Of a stretch of DNA of 64,000 bases, positions 53,634 through 62,858 are shown piece by piece (position 1 is the stretch's first letter; every line of letters starts with the position of its first letter). The stretch is from Calditrichia bacterium (GTDB lineage: Bacteria; Calditrichota; Calditrichia; JAJRVZ01): positions 480,001 through 544,000 of the forward strand of contig CAWCNS010000005.1 of the NCBI GenBank assembly GCA_963796965.1, in the 5' to 3' direction. Under the pieces are notes generated by a model. It ran no database searches. It worked only from the letters and a program-made list of their open reading frames with translations, and was not told the origin of the DNA. Made by a program: the position numbers and the translations under genes.

Positions 53634-54569
53634 TCATACAGTTTGTGCGGTAACTTGTATTTTTTTATATATTTCTTTCACATCATGAATCCTGATATTC
53701 CCAGCCAGTTCTGTAAGCACATTAGCTGCTCCACAAGCCATCCCAAATTTGGTTGCAGATAACAAGGTCTCTCCTTGTACCAACCTGCTTGCAATGCCGG
53801 CCGCAATCGCATCTCCTGATCCGATTGGATTAACAACCTCAAGCAACGGCGAGCTAATTTTAAAAAAATCATCCCCAACAAATAACCATGCCGCCGGAGA
53901 GCCGTCTGTTACCAGCACATTTTGAGCGCCCTCTTTTACCAATTGTTTCATCGCCTTAAGCAAGACTTGTTCCGAATCAATTTTTTGGCCGAGCGTTTTT
54001 TGCAACTCCTCCTTGTTAGGCTTAACCAGAAACGGACGCGATGAAAGCGCATACCTGAGCAGGGGTCCGGAGCCATCGATCATAACCGAAAGGCTTCTTT
54101 TTACAGCAAGATCTGATAGCGTTTTATAGATCATATCTGAAAATCCGGATGGGACCGTACCCGAAAGAATAACAAATTCACTTTGTGGTAACAGCGATTT
54201 ATAGTATTGTTCGGTATTTTGTACCTCGGCATGGTGTACTTCCGGGCTTTCTTCAACTATTTCGGTTTGGCTTTTATCCCGATCAAGTAAGGTCATACAA
54301 ATACGGGTATCATTTTCACATGATACATGTTGAAAAGTAATGTTATCCTTTTTAAAACATTCTTTGACAGCTTCACCGGTATGGCCACCCAGCATCGTTA
54401 ACAGATGGCCTGGTTTATCCAACTGAACGAGGTTTCTGGCAATGTTTATCCCTTTCCCGCCAGCGGATATTTCAAATCGCCCGGCACGATTAACCTTATT
54501 TTGTTCAAATCCATCCAGCCATAAGGTATGTTGGAGGGCAGGCGTCAGACATACAATGAGAATTTTCAT
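53634..54569 (-). CDS. 1-phosphofructokinase family hexose kinase (PfkB)
   Basis: AGGKGINIAR, ILSGTVP, VKPNKEEL, NPIGSGDA. Confidence 0.9.
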   Translation of the reverse strand: MKILIVCLTPALQHTLWLDGFEQNKVNRAGRFEISAGGKGINIARNLVQLDKPGHLLTMLGGHTGEAVKECFKKDNITFQHVSCENDTRICMTLLDRDKSQTEIVEESPEVHHAEVQNTEQYYKSLLPQSEFVILSGTVPSGFSDMIYKTLSDLAVKRSLSVMIDGSGPLLRYALSSRPFLVKPNKEELQKTLGQKIDSEQVLLKAMKQLVKEGAQNVLVTDGSPAAWLFVGDDFFKISSPLLEVVNPIGSGDAIAAGIASRLVQGETLLSATKFGMACGAANVLTELAGNIRIHDVKEIYKKIQVTAQTV

Positions 54570-54605
54570 GGTATAAAATTTTCTATTATTTGTCTCGTAT
54601 AAACT

Positions 54606-54702
54606 TCACCCTGGAAAATCAAGAATCTCTACCAGGCCCTTCATTGGCAATATATTTTTCCCCAACATTAAGACCTCTAAAAAGAGCAATGTATGTATTC
54701 AT
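54606..54702 (-). pseudogene. Remnant of a DUF1697-family gene (N-terminus only)
   Basis: AGGA RBS; MNTYIALFRGLNVG/(shift)KNILPMKGLVEIL resembles the family start YxALLRGINVGGxNxxxM. Confidence 0.6.
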
Positions 54703-54863
54703 ACAAGATTCCTTCTTCAGTTAACATAAAGGTAAAACGCCTGGCAGACTCCAATATCACCTGAAATGGGTGAATGAAAGCCAGACCAGGTTGTTGCGCG
54801 TTTTGACCAAACGATAGCGAGGGTACTCTGATAAGTAAAAACTTGAACCTAGCTACCCATGAA

Positions 54864-55778
54864 CTATATAACATTCAATCGAATAAGGTGTTTTTTTATG
54901 TTTTCTCTTTCTTCAGGTGTGGCTTCATCTAATGGTAAACGGGGAGGGCCTACCGGATGGCCGGCTATATCCAATGCAGCCTTTAACACCGGAATTGGAT
55001 TTATCCTGCCATTTGGCGCCAAGGCCCTGAAGAATGGATCCAGTTCTTTATGGATCTTTAAAGCGCTTTCATTTTGGCCTTGCAGAAAAAAGTTTATCAT
55101 TTCTCTCATTTTGCCACCAATCAAATGTGAGCCACCACTAACAACACCAGCTGCACCTTGCACGAAACCGCACAATACCATAAGATCATCACCATTATAA
55201 ACAGTAAAGTCTTCCGGGGTAACCAACGCGTATTCAGTCATTTGGGTTGGATTAATACCCGCTTCATCCTTGATACCTTTTATATTGTCAAATTTATTAG
55301 AAAGTTGGGAAACCAATTCAGGCTCTAAATTCACACCTGCAAAGAGTGGAATATTGTATAACAGGATATCTATACTTACACTTTTTGCAACCGTTTCAAA
55401 AAATTTATAGATGCCTTCCTTGCTTGGTTTGCAGTAATAGGGCGCCACAACCATGACCGCTTCATAGCCAAGCTTTTCAGCTTCCTGACTTAATGTTACC
55501 ACATCTTGTACTGAAGCAGCCCCGGCACCAGCAACCAGTGGTACTCTGCCTGCCACCGTATCTTTAACCACTTTATACATTTTAATTCGTTCAGAAACAT
55601 TCATCGTGTTAAATTCACCGGTTGTACCTGTTACTGCAATGGAATCACAATATTTTTTTTCGATCAAAAAGTCGGCGAGTCTTGCCGCTTCATTCAAATT
55701 GACCTCACCGGTATTTTTATCAAAAGGTGTTACCATTGGTACAATAATATGCCTAAGTTTTTCTTTCAATGTTTCCAT
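54864..55778 (-). CDS. Dihydrodipicolinate synthase/N-acetylneuraminate lyase family aldolase
   Basis: MVTPF, GTTGE, APYY, LYNIP, GIKD. Confidence 0.88.
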   Translation of the reverse strand: METLKEKLRHIIVPMVTPFDKNTGEVNLNEAARLADFLIEKKYCDSIAVTGTTGEFNTMNVSERIKMYKVVKDTVAGRVPLVAGAGAASVQDVVTLSQEAEKLGYEAVMVVAPYYCKPSKEGIYKFFETVAKSVSIDILLYNIPLFAGVNLEPELVSQLSNKFDNIKGIKDEAGINPTQMTEYALVTPEDFTVYNGDDLMVLCGFVQGAAGVVSGGSHLIGGKMREMINFFLQGQNESALKIHKELDPFFRALAPNGRINPIPVLKAALDIAGHPVGPPRLPLDEATPEERENIKKHLIRLNVI

Positions 55779-56232
55779 TCTTTTGTGTTCCTCTCTGGTT
55801 GATACATATAACTCTTAAAATCCCAGGTTGTCAAAACCTTTCAGCATTTTTACTTAAAACATTAAGAGTTACTTTTGTTAAATACAAACTCTATTTACTA
55901 TTCCTTTGTTAGATTCTAACGACTAACACCGCAGTAAGTTGATTTTTGGTGTTACTATTATGGGTAGTATCTTTTTTGCTTCGTTGATTGGTTTAGGATC
56001 GGGCGTCTCACAATCTTATACCGATTAGCGTCATCATCTGGCAATTGTATATATTATCCTTTTATCATTAATACATTGCGGCGAGCGATGGCATAGACAT
56101 CTATCAGAGAAAAAGCCTTTTTTACAGTTTTTGGTAAAAAAGCACTAATTAGAAACTATAGAACAGTTTTATAACTTTGACAGATCCCGTGGTGAGGAGG
56201 ATTTGAAAATGAAAGAATGATAGTGCTAAATA

Positions 56233-56440
56233 AAATTCTAAGCATTAAATACTAAATCCTAAACAAATTCAAAGTTTTAAAAATACAAATATTAAGATTC
56301 ATGCCCTTGGCTGTCATTATGAAGGGATCTTCCTGTTCCATGTAAGAGGATGCTTACAGCATGACACTTGGGGTATTTACCGGTTTGAAAATTTAAATTT
56401 TAATATTATTTTTGGATTTAGATATTAGTATTTAGAATTT
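56233..56440. repeat. Family C palindrome with nested GTCAT element at the selC 3' end
   Basis: AAATTCTAA/TTAGAATTT arms; core shared with 53391-53599. Confidence 0.85.
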
Positions 56441-56450
56441 GCTTTTATAG

Positions 56451-56544
56451 CGGGAGTACATGGGAGTCGAACCCACCCGACCCCGTTTTACAGGGTCACA
56501 TTGGCTTTGAAGGCCAAGGCCAGCACCGGCTGACACCTACTCCC
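56451..56544 (-). tRNA. selC: tRNA-Sec (TCA)
   Basis: 94 nt; TTGGC-CT-TCA-AA-GCCAA anticodon arm, 6-bp D stem with 4-nt loop, long variable arm GACCCTG/CGGGGTC, extended acceptor stem, G discriminator. Confidence 0.95.
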
Positions 56545-56664
56545 ATGGACAATATCAATAGTCAATAATCAACATTCAATTCTCTCCGAAGGAGTCCTTC
56601 CGACAATATTCAACTGATTTAGTAATTGGCACTCGTATCCCTATGTAATTCGAGAATCAGGATA

Positions 56665-56714
56665 CCCAAATTCCCAATTCCCAATTCCCAATTCCCAATT
56701 ACTAATTACTAATT
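56665..56714. repeat. Heptamer array (CCCAATT)n(ACTAATT)n
   Basis: Direct 7-nt repeats; similar run at about 5440-5475. Confidence 0.8.
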
Positions 56715-56823
56715 TGTCAATATAGCCGCATAAAATCAACTCTTTTTAATCTCACTATTGATAAACTCCTCGCTGATGTTTACTTTGATTTTATGACTTA
56801 AATTCTACCATACCTATTGCCCC

Positions 56824-57015
56824 TAAACACAAAGGACGCAAAGAATGCACAAAGATCACTAAGGAATTAAGAATTGCTAATTTAGAATAAAGAATGTCAA
56901 AAATATTATCTAATTAAAGTACCGGAAATATTCAAATTCTTAATTCTTAACTCTAAAAGCCTAATTGCTTTTTTACTTTGTGTAATTTGAGTCTACTCTA
57001 AGATCTTTGTGTTTA
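56824..57015. repeat. Family B palindrome with a nested heptamer-type palindrome
   Basis: TAAACACAAAG/CTTTGTGTTTA outer arms; AATTAAGAATT/AATTCTTAATT inner arms. Confidence 0.75.
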
Positions 57016-57034
57016 ATTCTTTTTGGAGATAATT

Positions 57035-59490
57035 ATGTACAAAAAATGTGAAGTACCTGTTGCCTCATTGAGGAAAGAAGTTGATTTATCGAAAATTGAA
57101 TTTACCACCACTGAAGATATTCAATCCCTAAGTACTGTGATAGGCCAGGACCGGGCTGTCCGGGCCATAAATTTTGGCCTTTCAATTGAAGATCCCTCCT
57201 ATAATATTTTTGTTACCGGATTCAGGGGTACCGGGCGGACAACTATCGTTCGAGATCTTTTGGATAAATTGGCGTCCACCCGTTCAAAACCCGACGACTG
57301 GATATTTGTTTATAATTTTGACAACCCTGATGAACCACGAGCGATCAACCTACCCAGCAGAAAAGCAAAATCATTTATCACTAAATATGGGCGGCTGATT
57401 GGTAAAATAAAAATATCTTTAAAAGCTGCTTTTGAAAGCGAACAATACATCGAGAAGAAAAATGAAATTGTTGATAAAAACCAGACAAAAAAACGAGATA
57501 AATTTACTTTAATTGAGGGTGAAGCGCGCAAATTAAATATTTTGATCAAGGGCTCAACATCAGGATTTCAGACCATTCCACTCAAAGACGATAAACCAAT
57601 GGACGATGCTTATTTTCAAAGTTTAACAAAAAAAGATCAAAAACGGATTGAAGAAGATATTAAGGTGATTCAAAAGATAATTCAGGATATGGTTTATGAA
57701 GCAACCACGATTGACCGTCTGGCTGAAGATGAGGTGGAAAAATTGAACGTTGAGGTTGCGAATTATATTGTAGGTACCCACTTTGTTGATTTGGTTAATG
57801 AGTTTGAACAATTCCCACAAGTCATTGAATATATAAAAGAAGTGATCGAAGACATTATCCAAAATGTCTATGCTTTCATGGAGGTAAAACAAAATGATCA
57901 ACCTCCCGGGAGACCAGGGGAACCGAATGACGGCAAGAGTGTTGACAAGTATAAAGTAAATCTGGTCGTTGACAATGATCATTTAAAAGGTGCACCAGTT
58001 ATCTATGAAATGAATCCAACCTATAATAATCTTTTTGGCAGAATAGAGAAAAAATCGTATATGGGCTACCTTTACACTGATTATACAATGATAAAGGCTG
58101 GTTCATTGCTTAGAGCAAATGGTGGTTATCTGATCCTTGATATTGACCAGATACTCAAAAATTCCTTTGTATACGATGCTTTGAAAAGGGCCCTACGTAC
58201 ACGTTGTCTTGTGATTGAAGATGTCAATGAATTGTATGGTGTAATGACTTCAGCCGGATTAAAGCCCAGTCCGATTAATATTGATGTAAAAGTCATTATG
58301 ATTGGTCGCAGTCAGATTTATCACGGTTTGCATACATACGATGAAGATTTTCGAAAAATCTTCAAGGTAAGAGCCGATTTTGACTATGAAGTCCGGGAGA
58401 CACCTGCTAATGTTAAAAAATATGTTCAATTTGTGGCCAGGGTGGTCAATGAGGAAGAGTTACATCCTTTCGACAGGGGCGCTGTTAAAGAAGTTATCGA
58501 GCATGCCTTTAAACTAGTGGACCACCAGGGCAAGATGTCGATTCGTTTCTCTGAGATAGTACGGTTAATTCGTGAATCATCCTATTGGGCAAAACAACGA
58601 AAACATAAAAATGTCCATCATCAGGATGTACACAAGGCCATTGAAGAGGAAAACTACAGACGAAATCTACCTGAAGAGAAGATCCAAAATGCTATCCGGG
58701 AAAAGACTTATAAATTTGATGTTGATTCGGCAAAGGTAGGACAAATTAATGGACTTGCCGTTTATAATCTTGGTGATTACAGTTTTGGTAAACCTACGCG
58801 GATAACAGTTTCTACCTATATCGGTAGCCGTGGGATCATTAATATCGAAAGAGAAGCAAAACTTAGTGGGAAAATTCATGATAAAGGTTTATTAATTCTG
58901 TCTGGATTTTTTGCATCTCGGCTTGGTCGGACCATGCCACTTTCATTTTCTGCAAGCATTACCTTTGAGCAGAGTTATGGCATGATTGACGGTGATAGTG
59001 CCTCCTGCGCAGAACTCTATGCCCTGCTCTCCTCGCTCTCCGGAATTCCAATATACCAGGGAATTGCTGTTACCGGATCAATCAATCAAAAAGGTGAAGT
59101 ACAAGCTGATTGGGGGTGTCAATGAAAAGATTGAAGGCTTCTATGAAGTATGTAAACTAAATAAACTTAATGGAAAACAAGGTGTCCTTATTCCCGAATC
59201 AAACGTAAAAAACCTAATGCTCGCTCCTGAAGTAATTGACGTCTGTTAAAAAGGGTAAATTCAACGTCTGGGCGGTTGGAAAAATTGATGATGGTATACG
59301 AATTCTTACCGGAGTTTCTGCCGGACAGTTACACAAAGATGGCACCTTTACCAAAGATTCTGTTTTTGATAAAGCACAGAAACGCATTGCTGAATTCAGT
59401 AAAATTACTAAAAAGTTTGGAAAGTCCCTCGATAAAGAAATCCAGCAGGAATTTAAGGACAATAATAAAGAGGATGAGGAGGAAGAATAA
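57035..59490 (+). CDS. LonC-type Lon-like protease; two +1 frameshifts (about 59108 and 59242)
   Basis: IGQDRA, Walker-A variant [27 protein letters not shown] (Ser), [10 protein letters not shown] (Lys) in a shifted frame; ATG at 57035 with GGAG RBS. Confidence 0.85.
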
Positions 59491-59534
59491 CTATAAACAG
59501 TGATCAGTATTCAGTAATTGGTAATAAAGTTGTG

Positions 59535-59562
59535 GTAGCGGTGCGATTAATCGCGCCGTTAC
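59535..59562. repeat. GTAG-type REP-like hairpin (family E)
   Basis: GTAGCGGTGCGATTAATCGCGCCGTTAC between convergent genes. Confidence 0.65.
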
Positions 59563-59720
59563 GTAAAGACAATCGCACGGTTGATTTACGTTGTTTTGAT
59601 TATCAGATAATATTATTATTAATTTCTCACATATACCATTACCTTCCCTCGTATTAATATCGGACCAAGAGCGGAGCATTCGAATATCTTATACCCATAG
59701 CAAATTACGAATTACAAATT

Positions 59721-60575
59721 TCACTCTTCACTCTTCAATCTAAGCGCTGCCTTCAGGCTCTCCCTGACTACATCCCTTGGCATCTCCTTCCCTGTCCAAA
59801 TCTTAAAAGAATGAGCAGCTTGCTCTATTAACATCTCTAAACCATTTAGAATAATGATATTGTCAGATATTTTTTGAGCATCATCCAAAAGTTTTGTCAG
59901 CTCTGGATTATAAACAAGATCATAGACGATGGCATTTGTTTTCAGATCTTTTAAACCAGGAAGTGGGGTTTTATCAATCCCCGGATAGGTGCCCAGAGGG
60001 GTTGCATTCACAATTAAATCATACTTGCGACTGCCTTCGACAGCATGCTCAAATTCAAGAAAGTTTAGTGTTGCAGGATTTACCAAAGGTTGAAGTTTTA
60101 ATAAAATATCTTCAAATTTTTCTTTACTACGGCCGGCAACGACAATTTGGTCCGGCTTAAGATACTTCCCTATTGAATATATTACCGCTCTTCCCGCCCC
60201 ACCAGTACCCAGCAGCAGACAAGATGATATCTTCTGCTTAACCTTGAGAAGAGGCGCAATAAACCCAGCAATATCTGTATTATACCCTTTCCAATTGGAA
60301 CCGGTTTTCAGGACTGTATTGACTGCCCCAATTGCCTCTGCATCCTTATCTATATCATCCAAATAATCCAGAATCCTCCCCTTATAAGGAATGGTTATAT
60401 TAAATCCGTCAATGTTTTCGTCCCTAAGATTCTTAATTGATGAATCAAATTTGTCTGGTAATATTTGATATTTTTTGTATTCAGCTGCTATGGATAAGGC
60501 CTGGAATCCTGCATTATGCATGGGAGGCGATAATGAATGGGAAAGCGGATACCCGAGAACACCGTATTTTTTCAT
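59721..60575 (-). CDS. aroE: Shikimate dehydrogenase
   Basis: HSLSPPMHN, NITIPYK, GAVNT, NTD, GTGGAG, DLVYNP. Confidence 0.95.
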   Translation of the reverse strand: MKKYGVLGYPLSHSLSPPMHNAGFQALSIAAEYKKYQILPDKFDSSIKNLRDENIDGFNITIPYKGRILDYLDDIDKDAEAIGAVNTVLKTGSNWKGYNTDIAGFIAPLLKVKQKISSCLLLGTGGAGRAVIYSIGKYLKPDQIVVAGRSKEKFEDILLKLQPLVNPATLNFLEFEHAVEGSRKYDLIVNATPLGTYPGIDKTPLPGLKDLKTNAIVYDLVYNPELTKLLDDAQKISDNIIILNGLEMLIEQAAHSFKIWTGKEMPRDVVRESLKAALRLKSEE

Positions 60576-60659
60576 GATCTTAGATATTTAAATAGAAGAG
60601 TTAGAGGAAGAAACTTTGAATTGGAACTGCGAATCTTATTCCTCTGATTAATATATCCG

Positions 60660-60753
60660 GTCATTCTGCAAGAATCTTCTTGCGTTCAAATTTGCTCTCG
60701 GCACCATGAAAGATCCTTATCCCAAACGGGATCCCGTTCCGGGACAGAATGAC
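60660..60753. repeat. GTCAT...ATGAC palindromic element (family D) with TCCC-type insert
   Basis: GTCATTCTG..AAGAATCT / AGATCCTT..CAGAATGAC arms; insert at 60720-60744. Confidence 0.75.
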
Positions 60754-60816
60754 GGTTCAGATTCATTATTATTTCAAAATATGTGGTGACATTGAGTTAA
60801 TATAACACAAATAAAC

Positions 60817-61347
60817 TTATAATTCAGATCCCTTAACATCAATCATGTCGCGTTTTTTTGAATATCCCCTGACGATCATAGCCAGGCCCAGTATAACCAG
60901 GGCCAGGGGCCAGAATGTCTTAATTTGTTCATAAACATACCAGGGAGGATAATATCCCACATAGGACCAATAAAATAATCCGCCAATGGCACCAAAAATC
61001 ACGGTCCATACAAGATTGGTCGTTTTATCTTCTTTAAAGAACATGTAAACAAGATTAGCCAGAGCAAGCGATACAAAAAAAGCTGCAAATCCAAACTCAT
61101 CAGCCCTGGGAAAAACTCTCTCACGCATTAATAACATGGAAAGTCCAAAAACAGAAAAGAAAACACCGCCAAACAATCCATGTTTCTGAGGATGCCCCAC
61201 ACCTTTGACCAGGAAAATAATACCGAGGAAAATGCAACCGTAGGTAACAAGATCGGCCCTTGAAAAATCGATAAGATCAACCTGATAAAGAAGGATCAAA
61301 ACACCTATAGAAATTAATACTATTCCCGACCAGTATTGCTTTTGCAT
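60817..61347 (-). CDS. LiaF/LiaI-like membrane protein
   Basis: WSGIVLISIGVLILL and FWPLALVILG; downstream of pspC. Confidence 0.7.
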   Translation of the reverse strand: MQKQYWSGIVLISIGVLILLYQVDLIDFSRADLVTYGCIFLGIIFLVKGVGHPQKHGLFGGVFFSVFGLSMLLMRERVFPRADEFGFAAFFVSLALANLVYMFFKEDKTTNLVWTVIFGAIGGLFYWSYVGYYPPWYVYEQIKTFWPLALVILGLAMIVRGYSKKRDMIDVKGSEL

Positions 61348-61361
61348 TCCTATTACTCCCT

Positions 61362-62021
61362 TTATGTTTTATTTGCTTTTTCATTAATTTCAAAGGGCGG
61401 CTCAGGAAAAACTATCAGCATAATCAAATAGACAATAACGCCAACACCAGCAGAAAGAAGCGTCGCTATAACCCAGAGAATCCTAATAACTGATACATCC
61501 ATATCAAAATACTCTGCAATTCCCCCACAAACTCCACCGATCATCTTTTGGATGCGGGAACGGTATAATTTTTTGTCATCTGTTTCTTTTTCTTCGCCTT
61601 CCACACGAACTTTTGATTTATTGAAAAGTAAGGCACCACCTGCTACTATTAATATTATTGCCCAGATAGATTGCCAGGGAATATGCCAGAATCGGAATGC
61701 ATAGAAAAAACCGAATTGCTTTAATAGTAAGAATGCCCCAATGACAATTAAAAGCGATCCCCAGAAAAGAGGCTTATCTTTTATTATACTATCTCTGTTT
61801 TCTGATGCTGTCTGATCAGGGTTACTAGGTATAATGATGAGCGAGGCGAGATAGATAATGATGCCAGAGCCACCAAGGAAGACCAGAACAACCCATAGTA
61901 ATCGCATCAGGTTCGCATCAATGCTAAAATACTCCGCCATACCGCCACATACCCCACCAATCATACGATTTGATTGAGAACGGTATAATTTTCGATTCTT
62001 GAAATCTGAACTTTCCGTCAT
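61362..62021 (-). CDS. pspC: Double PspC-domain membrane protein
   Basis: KLYRS...MIGGVCGG.AEYF occurs twice. Confidence 0.9.
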   Translation of the reverse strand: MTESSDFKNRKLYRSQSNRMIGGVCGGMAEYFSIDANLMRLLWVVLVFLGGSGIIIYLASLIIIPSNPDQTASENRDSIIKDKPLFWGSLLIVIGAFLLLKQFGFFYAFRFWHIPWQSIWAIILIVAGGALLFNKSKVRVEGEEKETDDKKLYRSRIQKMIGGVCGGIAEYFDMDVSVIRILWVIATLLSAGVGVIVYLIMLIVFPEPPFEINEKANKT

Positions 62022-62149
62022 TTTTCTCCTCCATAGACCTTTTTTATAACTAAAAGACGTAAATTATATGTGGAAGTTTCACAATGCCCGTTTTATACTT
62101 AAGCGTTGTCTGTTTTCTAATGATCTACTTAATTGTTCATTTAATTTTT

Positions 62150-62224
62150 AACCACTAAGTACACAAAGACATTTCTTAATAATAACTTTGTGATCTTAGT
62201 GCCTTCTTGGTGAACTTTGTGGTA
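62150..62224. repeat. Palindromic element family B without the 21-nt insert
   Basis: Homologous to 36030-36147; similarity extends to TCTGAACGGCCA downstream. Confidence 0.85.
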
Positions 62225-62330
62225 AAGTTTTTATCTTTTTTTGTCTCTGAACGGCCAAAGGCAGTCGTTCATCCCGATGGAGGGCCCTGCGAATCTCATT
62301 GCTGAAAATCAACATTAAGAATCGTTACTG

Positions 62331-62798
62331 CTATTTTATGTCCAATATTTCATATTTTAGGATACCTGCTGGTGCCTGGACTTCAATCACATCACCCACC
62401 GCCTGGCCAAGCAAGGCCTTTCCAATCGGTGACTCTACTGAAATTTTATTCTCCTCAAAATTCGCCTCAGCCGGAGAGACAAGCGTATATTCTAATTCAT
62501 CTTTGAATTTTAAATCTTTCAAAACGATTGTTTTTAAAATATAAACTTTATCATCAGGGAGATCCTCTTCTTTAATGACGCGTGTACGTCCGATACGATC
62601 TTCCAGCTGTTGAATTTTTGTTTCCATAAAAGAAAGTTCTTCTCTTGCAGCATGATATTCCGCATTCTCTTTCAGATCGCCATGCTCTCTTGCCGTTGCC
62701 ACTTTCTGTGATATTATTGGTCTTTTATTGTATTTGCATTCATGTAGTTCGGCCTTTAATTTTTGCAGACTTTCATCAGTCATATATTCATACTGCAC
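62331..62798 (-). CDS. greA: Transcription elongation factor GreA
   Basis: AREHGDLKENAEYHAAREE, ISVESPIGKALLG; GTG start with AGGAG RBS. Confidence 0.95.
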   Translation of the reverse strand: MQYEYMTDESLQKLKAELHECKYNKRPIISQKVATAREHGDLKENAEYHAAREELSFMETKIQQLEDRIGRTRVIKEEDLPDDKVYILKTIVLKDLKFKDELEYTLVSPAEANFEENKISVESPIGKALLGQAVGDVIEVQAPAGILKYEILDIK

Positions 62799-62858
62799 GT
62801 CTCTATCTCCTTTAATATGTTTCAAATACTTTTCCCGACCTGCCTAAGACTGGCGAGA

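Noticed and set aside
25604..55930. Integron cassette array from scattered (C/T)TAAC motifs after stop codons
   Set aside because: No matching GTTRRRY boxes with attC-like stems, and no integrase
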